This document shows, in pieces, positions 12,672-26,817 of a stretch of 64,000 nucleotides of DNA. The DNA comes from Octopus vulgaris (taxonomy: Eukaryota). Location: contig OX597819.1 in NCBI GenBank assembly GCA_951406725.2, positions 38,626,001-38,690,000 of the forward strand. Direction: 5' to 3'. The translations under genes and the position numbers were made by a program. Below the pieces are notes generated by a model. That model was not told the origin of the DNA and searched no databases. It worked only from the letters and a program-made list of their open reading frames with translations. The stretch's first letter is position 1. The number at the start of each line of letters is the position of its first letter.

Positions 12672-15039
12672 ATACATATTTTATTGATCCTGAAAGGAAG
12701 AAAGACAAAGTCGACCTCAGCAAGATTTGAATCCAGAATGTAAAGTTGAAGAAATGCACTATGAGTTTGCTGCTTTCTCTACCTGAATGTATTACCAGCT
12801 TACCTTATAATGTTATTTAGCCTCAGGTCAGCCCTGATTTGGCACCCAAACCCAAACAAACCAAAGCTGTCACTAACAAATGTGTATGACTTGGTAGCAT
12901 GCACTAAGCTTTTGCTAATTATTTTGAAGTGCTACTGTAGTTTCAAGCAGACACAAATACCCTTTCTACCCCATCCTCACCTTTAATCCAGTAGAACATC
13001 CAGGTTGATTGAGTAGACTTACGATTAAAAGTATTCCAGCTGTAACTATCTCAGCTTGGTTTTCAAGAATAGTGTATCTATGATTACATTTTTCAAAGTG
13101 TTATTTTTTTTAAAAGACAGAAGTATGTAATATTTGAGGGAGATCTCATTGCATTTTTTAGCAGGTTGAATAATCATATATTCTACATAACATAATTATT
13201 TCCAACAGCCATGTGATCTGAGCTATGCAAAATTAAGTATATTGCCCAAATATCTAAAAAAAAAAAGAAAAGAAAAAAAAAGAACAACAACTATGGTTGT
13301 TTTGCTTTTTAACTGAAAACCTTTGAGTGATAGACTCATCCTTTTTTCTTCTATGACTCAGACATATAGGCATAGCTGAAATATGTTCTAGAGTTTATCT
13401 CTGCAATCAAAGCTGAAGTATGCCTTACAGCTCATTCCTGCAGGAACAGTTCATACTGCTATGCACAAATGAAATATGTTTTAGAGCTCAGGCCTGATGA
13501 TGTAAAAAGTTTTACATCATCATCCTATGTGTTCTATAGATTTTCCTTGAAAACACAGTTGAATTAAGTTTCATTAATTTGTATTCAAAATCATAATTTC
13601 TCACAGGTAAAATGTAAAATATACAGACATATCAATTGAAGGAAAATGTTTGCTGGCGATGCCAGCGCCGCCATGACTGGCTTCCGTGCCGGTGGCACGT
13701 AAAAAGCACCATCCGAATCGTGGCTGATGCCAGCACCACCTTGACTGGCTTCCGTGCAGGTGGCATGTAAAATGCACCAATCTAATTTTGGCCGTTGCCA
13801 GCCTCGCCTGGCACCTGTGCAGGTGGCATGTAAAAAGCACCCACTACACTCACGGAGTGGTTGGTGTTAGGAAGGGCATCCAGCTGTAGAAACACTGCCA
13901 GATCAGATTGGAGCCTGATGCAGCCTTCTGGCTTCCCAGATCCCCGGTCGAACCATCCAACCCATGCTAGCATGGAGAATGGACATTAAACGATGATGAT
14001 GATGATGAAAGGCTTTGACACACTTGAGAACATTTCACTTAGTAAACAGGACACCCATAACAGGATAGGATGGGTTAGCTGCTTGTTGTAACATCTTGGG
14101 AAAGGGTTAGGGTTATTCTTCCTTTTTTTTAAGAAAGAAGAATGTGATTTGAGGGAGATTTTGTCTGCAGTTTCTAACAGGTTAGACAAGCACATAAAAG
14201 CTTTCTTATTGGTTGACCTCACTGAGGAAATGACAAGTGAGCAGGAGAAGAGGTGATTTGCTGTACTTGATAAGACACATCAAGCTAAGTAAAATCGCTG
14301 TGTTCCACACAGACAAGCTTGTCCTTTCAGGTGCTGATGGTGCTACATAAAAAGCACCTATACTGGTGCTGTGTATATGCACCCTAGCCAATGGTATGTA
14401 AAAAGCACCCAGCACACTCTGTAAAGTGGTTGGCATTATAGGAAGGGCATTCAGCCAGAGAAACCATGCCATAACAGACAATTGGAGTCTGGACAGCTCC
14501 CAGTTGGCCAGCTCCATGTCAAACTGTCCAACCCATGCCAGCATAAAAAGTGGACATTAAACGATGCTGCTGCTGATGATGATGTCAGTATAATTGGTAT
14601 TTTGAAGTTGGTGGAAGCAAGATAAAATAACTTTAAAAAAACAAACAAAACAAAACAAATAAATGAAATGTTTGAAGGAACAGAAACATTAAATGGAACA
14701 AATTTCAGAATAATATGCTTAGAGTTGTGTCTGGGGAGAGTCATTTTCTTTTTGTACCTTATAATTTAACACACTCACCGGTAAAATTATAATAATAATA
14801 AATATAATAATAAAATGATAATACTTAGAGTTGTTATCACATTTGCTAAAGTTCAGTGTCACTTCCCCTGTGTGTGCTTCCAGTCAATTTTTAATTACCA
14901 CATTTGCCAGCATATAAGATGTGCATGTTTTTAACTTTTAAATGTATCAAAAAATTATCCTATGCCTAATGTTGCTATATTATATATGGGAGATTGAGTG
15001 TTCTAAGCTAGGGAGTAACATGAGCATAAGTCAGCTAGG

Positions 15040-15587
15040 CACAGGCAGTGGCTCTGATGGCTTCTGATCATAACCGATTGGAAGTGTTATCATGTACATT
15101 GTTTTGTCTTGGTATAAAAGACGGGCTACAGCGAATATTCTGCTCAATACCACAGATTTGCTTGTCAGTTGCTTGAACCTTAGCCAGTTGAGCATGTCCC
15201 TTGGTGGCTGATGATATGTGCATTTCTAATCATGAACAGAAGTAGTGGGGGAGCACCATAGCCATGTATTGAGAGAAATTATTTGGAGTTTGAATAACTC
15301 ACCTCTGGAAACATGGGCGTTTCATTCAACATCCTTAAACAACCCTTGTTCAAGGACCATTTGAATGGACTGGGCTACTCGACCTGAAGAAAGTTCTAAC
15401 TGGGTCCCACCTGCAAAGTCATGTGCTATTTATCTTGATATGAGATCACTATGTCACACACATATGGTTGTGATGCATATGCCTGGCGTACCCTTATCAG
15501 ATGGGTAGTCATAACAGGTATACTGGGCTTTGTATATTTTACCGCAGTGTCACTTTGTTGGCATGCACTACTCTCTCACTTAATAAC

Positions 15588-15590
<3 letters not shown>
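15040..15590 (+). mobile_element. ~550-bp (TAA)n-tailed repeat copy
   Basis: Colinear with 39767-40325. Confidence 0.7.
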
Positions 15591-15634
<44 letters not shown>

Positions 15635-15850
15635 TAATCCTTTCTACTATAGGCACAATGCCTGAAATTTTTGGGGAAGGGACGAGTCAATTACATCAAC
15701 CCCAGTGTGTAACTGGTACTTAATTTATCAACTCCAAAAGGATGAAAGGCAAAGTCGAACCTGACAGCATTTGAACTCAGAACGTGAAGACAGACAAAAT
15801 ACCGTGTAGCATTTCGTCTGGCATGCTAATGATTCTACCAGCTCACCACC

Positions 15851-15890
<40 letters not shown>

Positions 15891-16883
15891 TAATAATAAT
15901 AATAATAATAATAATGGTTTCAAATTTTGGCACAAGGCCAGCAATTTCAAAGGAGGGGGCAAGTGGATTTCATTGACCCTGGTGCTCAACTGGTACTTAT
16001 TTTATCAACCCTGAGAGGATGAAAGACGAAGTCAACCTCAGCAGAATTTGAACTCAGGATATAAAGCTGGAAGAAATGCCACTAAACATTTTGTCCAGCA
16101 TGCTAACAATTCTGCCAGCTTGCCACTTTAAAACATGAAAAGCAAAGTTGACCATGCTGGAATTTGAACTCAGAATGTAAAGGCAGATGAAATGCTATTA
16201 AGCATTTCACCCAGTATGCTAACAATTCTGCCAGCTCACTGCCTTATTAATAATGATAATAATAATCTTTTCTATTGTAGGCACAAGGCCTGAAATTTGG
16301 AGGGCAGTGGGTAGTCAGTTACATTAACCACAATGCTTGGCTGGTACTTATTTTATTGGCCCTGAAAAGATAAAAGGCAGAGTTGACCACAGTGGTATTT
16401 GAACTTAGAATGTAAAGACTGATGACATGCTGCTAAGCAGTTTGTTCAGTGTACTAATGATTCTGCCAGCGCACTACTGTATTAACAACAACAACAACAA
16501 CAATAATAATAATAATAAAATATTGAAAGCAAGCCGAAATATAATAGGCTGTTAGCACAATCTTGCAGAGAATTGCTTATGGTACATCAGCAGTTATGTG
16601 GTGAAATCACATCACTGCATTCTCAGAATACATAGTCCACTCCTGGCATGTGTCTTACATTATTTAAGAAATCTGTTACCTTTAAGAAGCATTCCTTTAA
16701 TTACCTAAATGAAAAATTCTCCTAGAAAGATGAAAGTTATGTTAATAAACTTTTATCTGCCTGTCAGCTATTTGCAATCAGAAGATAACAAAACCATAGA
16801 GGCAGTGAGCTGTCTTGAAGGCTGATCACAGTAATAAAACATTGCAACCAGAAATAATGAAATTTACATCCTGAATGGCAAAA

Positions 16884-17160
16884 TTCTTGGTCAGAAGAGT
16901 TGCTGAAGTATGGAACAAACTACCGGCATCAGTTGTGTGTTGTCAAAGCACTGCATCCTTCAAAACTTCCATGTTTCCTGAGATTCGCCAACACTACACC
17001 TGATTTTCTCCCCTCCATACACACGAAAGCTTGTATCTGACTCATACACTGTTCACTTTCCAGACATTTGTACATTACTGCATATGCTTTATACGCACTT
17101 TTGACAAGTTGTGGTGCACCTGAGCACTGTATACAATAATTTCATTATTATTATTATTAT
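16884..17160 (+). mobile_element. CR1/L2-like LINE 3' end
   Basis: FLVRRVAEVWNKLPASVVCCQSTASFKTS...stop at 17003, then a 3'UTR and (ATT)n tail. The 3' terminus recurs inverted near 41537 and 44113. Confidence 0.75.
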
Positions 17161-19505
17161 AGAATATAAACAACCTCACAGCTGAACTGAAAAAGGATAA
17201 AATTAAAACATGATACTCCCATAATATAGTTTATTTATAGTTTCAAATTGTATTCCAGTATATTGTTAGAATAGTGTGTTTATATGTATAGAATTATATA
17301 TTTCTTCTCTACAAAACCACTTCTTTCAATAGCTGTATGATGAAATGCAATAAATTTCTTTTCCAACAAAATATCCCAGTGAAATTGATGTGTGTCTTAT
17401 ACGTCGTTGTCGTCATCCGCTTTCCATGCTAGCATGGGTTGGACGATTTTAACTGAGGGCTGGCAAGCCACATGGCTGCACCAGGCTCCAATCTTGATCT
17501 GGTAGGGTTTCTACAGCTGGATGCCCTTCCTAATGCCAACCACTCCGAGAGTGTAGTGGGTGCTTTTTACATGCCACCGGCACGGGGGCCAATCAGGCGG
17601 TACTGGCAATGACCTCGCTCGAATCTTTTTACACGTGCCACGGCACAGGTGCCAGTGAAGTGACGTTGGTAACGATCACGCTTGAATGGTGCCCTTTTAC
17701 GTGCCACAGGTACGGAAGCCAGTTGGTTGTTCTGGCAACGATCATGCTCGGATGGTGCTCTTGGCAAATTTCTTGCCTTTCTTGACCAAAATTAATCATC
17801 CCTAAATGTTAAATTTTTAATTAATTACAAACATAATTGGGCCAATGCATTAAGTATGAAGCCATCATTTAACTTAAATGTTATTCAAACACCATTCGAT
17901 GGAATCGCATACATTAAATGATTTTCACATAAAATCTCTTTCTATATATATATATATATATTCTCTTAAAGGTCTAGTAAGTACATGTTAAACTATATAC
18001 TAATTTCAAATTTTGGCACAAAGCCAGCAATTTCGTGGGTGGGAGGAAGTTGATTACAACAACCCCAATGTCCAACTGATACTTGTTTTATTGCGCCCCA
18101 CCAAAACAAAAAAAACATCAGAAGTAAGTTGTCCTTGGCAGAATTTGAACTCAGAATGTAAAGGCAGATGAAATGCTGTTAAGCATTTTGCCCACTCTGG
18201 TAAAGATTCTGCCAACTCAGCACCTTTGTTTGATTACATATTGCTAAGACCATAATCTGTTTGAAGCTGTCATTTTACTTTAAAAGGATCAGATGCAATC
18301 CCCATTGCATGCCTCCATTGAAGCTGTAATCAGTTTAAATTTTGGACATTCTCTACCTTACTTTCCTTAACAAAAAATGTTGATACTAAAATAGTAATAA
18401 TTTTTCTTATCCTTTGGAGTATAATTTCAATTGATTAAGCATTAAGCAAAGTAGCTAGTTAGACAATTTCTAGCTACTTTGCTTGTCACTTGGTTTTCTA
18501 TATATTGCAACCTGGAGTGAATTCCTGCTATTTCTAGCAGCTGAGTGCTCACCACTGATGATGGGCTTGATATAAAAGCAAGTAGTAATTGTCACAAACA
18601 GCCAAAACTGGTGATCCCATCACCTGCTTGAAGATTGAAGGGGTTTGCTCCTCTGCTCGCAATATGTATCATGCTCAGATTGCATCGATAACCAGCTGGA
18701 GGATGCTCTTCCTGGGGTTAAAAACTGTAGTAACGTCAAACAGTCACATTGATGTGGCGATAAACATTACTTCTTGGTTAAGCATTATTTTTCATTAATT
18801 ACATTAAGAAGTGAAGACACAAGGCCAACAGGTTAGGATATTGAACTAATGGTCATAAATTTGTGGTTTTGATTTTCAGACAAGGCAACAGGTTATATTG
18901 TTGAACAAAAATCTTCATTTCATATTACTGCAGTCTACTCACCTGAAAACAAGTATCCACAAAAAGCTAGGAGTTAATGCTACAATGGACTGATGTCTCA
19001 TTCAGGAGGAGTATTGCACTCTAGATCACTTATATGCCACAGGAAACAGGATAAGCTTTGGGCCAATGATACTAAGTATGTTAGCTCCCAGTTAACCACA
19101 TATAGCCTTAGGGCATTTTTCTAACACGCCAGCTCAAAGTTTACTCATCCTGTTGAAAGATGCCTGTTTGTGACGTCCTGTTTTTGTTATTATAATTATC
19201 ATTATTGTCTTTACGTATTATTATTATTGTTTTTACGTATTTTTGTATTCATATTCGTGTAACATCATCCGTTTTTCCGTCTTTGTTTTGTATACATTCA
19301 AGGCTTTCTTCCAAGGAATCTAATGCGCTTGGCTTAGATTTTCCTTGGGGCTGGCCAGATTGGAGCAATCTCAAAATTAATCAGCCGAAATTGCGAGGAT
19401 GATCCAGTTCTTGACTGAAGATTGAAGGCTTCGAATGTCCCATCTGTGTTTTTTGTATCGTCTTCTAAATGTTTTGCATTCTTGTCCCAGTTTGTATTTT
19501 TTTAC

Positions 19506-19557
<52 letters not shown>

Positions 19558-19635
19558 TGTTCTACCCCACCACACACAGACATACACTAAATAATTCATA
19601 ATAAAATGAATAAAAGCAGTTATCAATGAACTTAC

Positions 19636-19770
19636 CGCGCAATCATGCAAAACAAAACCAAGTAAACAATAAATTCCAACAGTCCACCAACAAATAAATT
19701 GAGGTATTTGTTTCCAACCAAGTTTGATATCTTTAGTGAAATACCGTAGTAACCAAGGGCTGCAGTAAAC
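19636..19770 (-). CDS. SLC22-like gene, coding exon 5 (TM7-TM8)
   Basis: ttctag|G...CG|gtaagt. Encodes FTAALGYYGISLKISNLVGNKYLNLFVGGLLEFIVYLVLFCMIA(R), with the typical YYG.S and L.GN.YLN...G..E motifs. 135 nt, phase 2/2. Confidence 0.94.
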
Positions 19771-20571
19771 CTAGAAAGTGAAAAGAAAGGGAATAAGATC
19801 AATCTCATTTGGAGATATGTCGTCATATATAACATGATTCAAAAGTTCCTTTAGCATTTAAGCGATGTATGAAGTTTTTATTTTATATTTTGTCCCAATT
19901 TATATTTTTATATATTCTTAATACTATCTTGGCTTCTTTGTTGTGAATATCAATCAGGTTATAGGCACCCATATCAATGACATGTAAAAGGGTGCCTGTG
20001 TCAGTGGCACATAAAAGTCACCCAGTACACTCTGTAAAGTGGCTGGCATTAGGAAGGGCATCCAGCCATAGAAACCAATCAAAAACAAGGGACTGGAGCC
20101 TGGTGCAGCTCTCCAGCTTACTAGCTCCAGTCAGACTGTCTAACTCATGCTGACATTAAATGATGAGGATGATAAACATACACACTCGCATGCACACACT
20201 AACACACACAGATTTGGTTTTATTTACATAAGAAAATTATCATTATTACCAAATGAGAAAATATTCATTGTTCTGAAAATTGGTGGAATATAATGGTAAT
20301 CCTGTTCAACTATTCAGGCATGCTTAGGTCAACTGCCTGGGGTGGTCTAGATTACTGCCAGTATAAGTAGCAAGACACCAGACTAGCTGTCTTGGAACCC
20401 ATGAGGCATAGTAATCAACAGGATGACTGGTGTTGGAGGTAGGTTTGGGGTGCAATGGGAAGTGTGGAGTAGAGAAAGAAACAGGGGTGGGGAGAGATAA
20501 GGTGCACATTAATTTCAACTGACCTTGGTTGTTAGTTGGTTTATATTACTATTAAATGGACTTTTGAAATC

Positions 20572-20636
<65 letters not shown>

Positions 20637-21859
20637 ATGTGTGATATTTCACAAGATAAAAGTGTGTTTTTATGCAAAATTTAGAGAGCTCAACACACAC
20701 ACACACATCATTACTTTACATCTATTTTCCATGCTGGACATGCCTTTCTGGGACTGGGCTATATTACCAGATGCCATCTCTAATACCAGCTCTTTTAGCC
20801 ACTCCTTATAACATATTGGTATATAGTGTACCTATTTTAGAATTAGGATGCACATGAATTGAAAAAACTTCCTATATTTTTTTTTTACTGGACACAACAA
20901 TCGTTTTGGTATACATGGCACGTAAAAAGCACCATCCAAACAAGGCCGATGCTGGCGCTGCCTTGACTGGTTTCTGTGCCGGTGGCACATGACCTGCTTG
21001 AGGAGACCTATTGAGTCAAGTACATCAACATCAAAATAAATATCAAATGGAAATTGTAGTTGTGATACCTGTGCCGGTGACACGTAAAAAGCACCATCCG
21101 AATGTGGCCAATGCCAGTGCCGCCTTGACTGTCTTCTGTGCCAGTGGCACGTAAAAAGCACCAACCAATCATGGCTGCTGCCAGCCTCCCCTGGCACCTG
21201 TGCTGGTGGCATGTAAAAAGCACCCGCTACACTCATGGAGTGGTTGGCGTTAGGAAGGGCATCCAGCTGTAGAAACACTGCCAGATCAGACTGGAGCCTG
21301 GTGCAGCCTCCTGGCTTCCCAGACCCTGGTCCAATCGTCCAACCCGTGCTCGCATGGAAAATGGACGTTAAACGATGATGATGATGTTGATGATATACAT
21401 TTTAAACAGGTAACAAAAATTTATAAGCATATTTTGAATGTGGTTAAGACTCGTAATCATGTAAATCTGAGTTCAATCCTATTCAATGACTTCTTGAACA
21501 AGTGTCTTCTATTATAGTCTCAGGTTGACAAATACACTTTTTGAGTAGAAATGTAGAGAAAAAAGTACATAAATCATTAGGTAAATATATTCAATAAGAA
21601 TATTATATACTGAATTTATATTAAGTGCTCCATTGTATAAAATAATATTAATACTATTTAAGTATTTATATATTTAATATGAGCGATATATACATATATT
21701 TTTAATAATATATTGTTATTATTAATATAAGGAAATCAATATTGAATTTTTCACAAAGATATACCCATATGAAAGACTATGTATTAAAAATGTATATAAA
21801 TAAATAAATATTAAAAATATAAATATGACGTATAAAGTAAATTTGAAAGTTTAAAAGTA

Positions 21860-22720
21860 TGTAGAAGTCCACAAGCTATTTGTTGATCCCTAGCTTCCTT
21901 AGAGACAACCATATCACAGAGCAAGGTACTCTGTTGAAGGCTTTCTCCAGATCAACAAATGTCATGTACAATGGCTTATTCTTAGCTAAATACTTTTTTT
22001 GTGCCTGACTATGAAAATAGTGTCAGTAGTGCTTCTTCCTGGTACAAAGCCAAACTGCATTTCATGTAATCTAATTGGGTCACAACTCCCCCCATAACTT
22101 TCATCATCTGGTCCAGCATCTGACGCCTCTGTATCTACCTCTATCTAAAGCATCTCCCTTATCCTTGTAGTAGCTGACTATAATGTTGTTACATTAGTCA
22201 ATGGGGATGACACCTTCCTGAATAACCTGATTAACTATATGGGTGACCAGACTTTATCGTAGCCCACCAGATATTTTAAGCATCTCAGCAGTAACTCCTG
22301 TGGAACCAGGAGCTCTGTTGAGTTCACATTGGGGAAATTCCCTTTCTCTCATTTATTCTTCGCATTTAACAGCCTTTTATAGTAGCACTTCCACACCTCT
22401 TCCATTTCAGAATCACTAAGTGCAAGCATACCATTATCCTTCAGTACAAACATCTCTCCCACAATATCTTGATTCTCTTTGATACACCGTCTGTCTAGCA
22501 ATCTGGAAACATCTCAAATCTCTGATCTTCCTTTCTGCTTCTCCTTTTGCTAGAGAAACATGTTGCCTAGCTTCCCTTTTAGCTACCTGATATGGCTCTT
22601 TGCTACCCCCACTTTTCCACTCTTACCAAACCTGTCTCTTCTCTTTTATGGGCCTGTCAACCTCATTGTTTCACAACCATGTCACCCTTGGTCTGGCAGA
22701 AGATTTGTTGCATCCACAGA
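21860..22720 (-). mobile_element. Decayed RTE-clade LINE ORF fragment (pre-RT and RT)
   Basis: Minus-strand translation gives MQFGFVPGRSTTDTIF and KYLAKNKPLYMTFVDLEKAFNRVPCSVIWLSLRKLGI, with stops and frameshifts. Confidence 0.85.
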
Positions 22721-22883
22721 TTTTATATGAGTGTGTGTGTGTGTATGCGTGTGTGTGTAGCTTGGTATCTTGACTAAGTGGTTTGAGGCACTGGTTTTAG
22801 GTACCAATCTCTCTGGAGGTATAGGTTCAAATCCCAGCAAAACAAGAAACAAGTAAAAGATGTATGTATGTATCTATCTATAT

Positions 22884-23222
22884 ATTGGGTCATTGCATAA
22901 ATAACGTGGTTTTTTTCAGTTGCATGCACTAAAAGTCAGAGAGGGATGGGATAAACTACCTGCATCAACTTGATATAATAGCAGGTAGTAATTTTACCTT
23001 GTTCTTTTTGTTAGTGCAAGTTTTGAAGAGTGCAGTTCGATTTTAACAGTTATTTTTACAAAGCTATAATGGAAATGACAAAGGAGCATATTCAGCATAT
23101 TTTACTTTATGAGTTCAATAAAGGCTACAATGCAATGGAAAGTGCGAGGAATATTAATGCAGTTTATGAGGATCAGACAATAAGAATAAACCAGTGTCAA
23201 CAGTGGTTCCAGAAATTCCGAT
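22884..23222 (+). mobile_element. Mariner transposon 5' fragment
   Basis: MEMTKEHIQHILLYEFNKGYNAMESARNINAVYEDQTIRINQCQQWFQKFR is a mariner N-terminal HTH (LYEF..G; WF.KFR). Truncated. Confidence 0.8.
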
Positions 23223-24015
23223 AAGAAATGGTCGAGAACCTCTGAACTACACCAACAAATTTTGTCCAATCCATGCAAACATTGATAAGTGAATGTTAAA
23301 CTAATGAAGATGATGACTATGAAGAAGAAGAAGAAGGTGGTGGTGGTGGTTGTGGTGATGATGATGGTGATGGTGATGATGATGATGATGATGATGATGA
23401 TCACAACAATGATGCATGGCACACACAAAAAGAGATATTAGTGCAGAAATCATCACTGCAATTCCATTTATATTTTCAGGCAGCAATAGATGGAAGTAAG
23501 TGATTCTCAGCATGTCTTTGAAAAGTAACAATTGTGCTTTGCTTATTTAGCTTTATTTCTTCTTCTCTATGGAAAACAAGAAAGCTTTTACTTAATTTTA
23601 TTCTGTAACTTTGCTCTTGCTTTTATTCTTAATCATAATAGAAAATGTTTCTCTCTTTTGTTTTTTAACGGAAGTATTCACACTTGAATTTCAATTATAC
23701 TCACTTTTACCTGTCAAAATAGTAATTTTATCTATTGGCATATCAACTTGTGCTTTTTATTCTTTCACTGGTTTTAGTCATTAGACTGTGTCCCTGCTGT
23801 GATACCAGTTATAAGAGCTTTTAGTCAATCATATGAAGTCCAGTATTGATTTCAGGCTGGTAGATAATTTTATCAATCTCTATTTATCAAACTGCTTAAT
23901 TCATAATTTATATCTTGTTTAGCCCCAGGTCAGCTCTGATTGAACAAATCTATGATCAAAGGCATTCCAGTCATGACCAGCTATCTTCCTACTACAATAT
24001 CCAATGTTTTTTTCT

Positions 24016-24249
24016 TTAACCCGTTAACATTTATACTGGCTGTATTCAGCCCAAATATTCTATTTGTTTTTTTTGTTTAAAGTGACCAGATCTGGCCTCA
24101 CACACCTATCCTACAATGTCATTTTAAAAATAAACAATCAATCACCAAAATCTCAAAGCTACAATACAAGATAATACATGATTAATTCAAAACAATATGA
24201 ATAAATAAGCATTACATTTGACAAAATAATCTGAGGGCTGAAGGGTTAA
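24016..24249. mobile_element. piggyBac-like MITE
   Basis: TTAA|CCC...GGG|TTAA termini. Second copy at 42272-42500. Confidence 0.6.
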
Positions 24250-25092
24250 AGACAACAGGATGAGGTTTGAAGTAGATTTGGGTACTATTTCTGTGGTGTT
24301 GAACGACCACATAGAGGGTCCTTCATTGATCTTATATGTTTTTAGCATTTGTAGAATTTAACAGTGACAATAACAATCTTCCTGTCATCTTTAATATCAC
24401 AATCCCTCCTTAATTGTCACACCTGCCTCTAGTTGGTGTAGATTACACAATCAAGTAAATGGATTTTAAATTACCTAATCTGGGATTTAATTTCTCTTAA
24501 AACCATTATTGTCATTCTATCCTTTCCACTTTCACTCTATTTGTTCAAAACTACATGATGGACTGTGCCTTCATTTCGGGTATAGTCATAAAGTACCAGC
24601 ACCCAAGTTTCTAGAATTCTAAGGCCATTTAAATATTTCAACATAGGCATGGCTGGGCTGGGTGATTAAGAAGCTCACTTTGCAACCATATGGTTTCAGG
24701 TTCAGTTCCACTGCATGACACTTTGAGTAAGTGTCTCCTACTATAGCTCCAGACTGACCAATGCCTTATGAATGAATTTGGTAGATGGAAACTGTATAGA
24801 AGCTCATAATATATGTGGTGGGAATGTAGGTATGAACGTATGTGAGTGTATGTGTGTTTTTGCTTGTCCCCTGCTCATCATCACTTGACAATTGGTGTTG
24901 GTTTGTTTATGTTCTCATAACTTAGTGGTTCAGCAAAAGAGGCTGACAGAGTAAGTACCAGACACCAGACTTTAAACAATAACTAAAGTGGATGATTTGT
25001 TTGGCTAAATTACCCCAGCATGGTCGCAGTCAAATGACTGAAACAAGTAAAAGCAAAAGAATGGAAGACAGTGAATAAGAGGACATACTTAC

Positions 25093-25329
25093 CAAAGCAA
25101 GAACATAATAATGCTAATTTTTCTAATGTTTGGCTTGGAGAAGATGTCCGTAAAGCCATACTGCCGTGTCATTTGGGCAGGATCGTCTGCTGACATCTCT
25201 TCTTTTACACGATCGAATAGTTCCTTCGGAAATTCTAAACTGTTTGCTATAGACATTCGTTTAGCAACAAGTTCTGCTTCTGGGAACCGTCCTCGTAGCA
25301 AAAGCCACCGCAGAGACTCTGGAATTATG
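25093..25329 (-). CDS. SLC22-like gene, coding exon 4 (PESxRWL motif, cytoplasmic loop)
   Basis: ttccag|C...TG|gtaagt. Encodes IIPESLRWLLLRGRFPEAELVAKRMS...TDIFSKPNIRKISIIMFLL(W). 237 nt, phase 2/2. Confidence 0.94.
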
Positions 25330-25794
25330 CTGGAAAGATTAAAATTTTAAGACTATGTAGATATTTAAACTAGACATAGATTTAAAAGCTTAAAAAAAGA
25401 CAAGAAGAATATTAAGAACTGAAAATGGAAACATAATAAACAATTTCTAAAAAAAATTAAATTGTCAATTAAATTAATTGACAATTAAACTAGGATTGGT
25501 TAAAGACTATTTTTGTATATTTACCAAAAACAAAATAAATACTTAGTCCTACCTAGAACATACATTTTTTATTTTTCTCATTTCTCATTATCTTCTACTG
25601 TTCATATATATCTATATCTACAGACAATTTAAATATAGAAATGTGTTTTTCTTATTCATTTATGTGGTATTTACTAATAGTTATGTTTAAAAATGCTAAA
25701 TGTACAATAATATATAAAGCTACTTTGAATGGCATTATATTTATATTGATCATCAACTTCTTCTACATCTAACAATGTTGGCTACAACTGTTGC

Positions 25795-26010
25795 TGCTGT
25801 TGTTGTTGTTAAGCAACAAGACGGGTAAGGGTGATTAGGCGATGGTCTAGGGCTTAGGGGTTCGAGACCCCAGACCTTGGAAAAAAAACAAAAAACTTTG
25901 GTCGTCTTGTTATAGTCGAGGACTCTTCGTTGACGCCTGACACCACTGGGAGGTGGCCCTCGAAGTCGCTGGAAATGGAGATCTCCGGGTCTAAATTCTT
26001 GGATGGCTGT
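25795..26010 (-). repeat. Dispersed ~210-bp repeat (second, inverted copy)
   Basis: Matches 9385-9595. Confidence 0.8.
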
Positions 26011-26176
26011 TGCTGCTGTTGGTGTCCTCACCTCTTCTCCCTTCTTTTAACACCCATCCCTCCATTTTTGATACAGTCTGCTGTCTCATTCAGCAATGTC
26101 CAAAGAGTTCTTAAGCGAATATATTGTTCGCCGTTTGCAACAAATGATTCTCATTGTACACACACACACACGTGTG

Positions 26177-26213
<37 letters not shown>

Positions 26214-26784
26214 GTGTGTTTGTGTGTGTGTGTGTATCACAACCACATTCTGTTTCTGCTATTTATATGGAGGAAAAAAATCTTGGAATCAGTTACAATA
26301 CTAATGCTTTATGAAATTCTGGTGACACTGGCTGCTGCATTCTTTTTATTTTCACAAGTGTCTTATCTATGATAGACTTTAACTTCTGTTAGTCACACAT
26401 TGTAGCATTTTTTTTTTCTGTGAGAATTACATTTAGCATCTAATTTGCTAATGCGGTTCACAATCTTAGTATTAGAATTACAGTCAAATGACAGGAATCT
26501 TACTGAACTCTAGTGCAACCAATGTTTACTTCTCAACACTGAAATCCCAACTGTTCTATGCTTATTTGAGATATTCTTTTATTGGGTTCAGTCATTTGAC
26601 TGAGACCATGCTGAAGCACTGCCTTTAGTCGAACAAATTGAACCCAGGACTTATTCTTTGTAAGCCTAGTACTTATTCTATCAGTCTCTTTTGCTGAACT
26701 GCTACATTACAGGGATGTAAACACACCAACATCGATTGTCAAATGGTGGTTGGGGGACAAACACTGACACACAAACATTAATAC

Positions 26785-26817
<33 letters not shown>

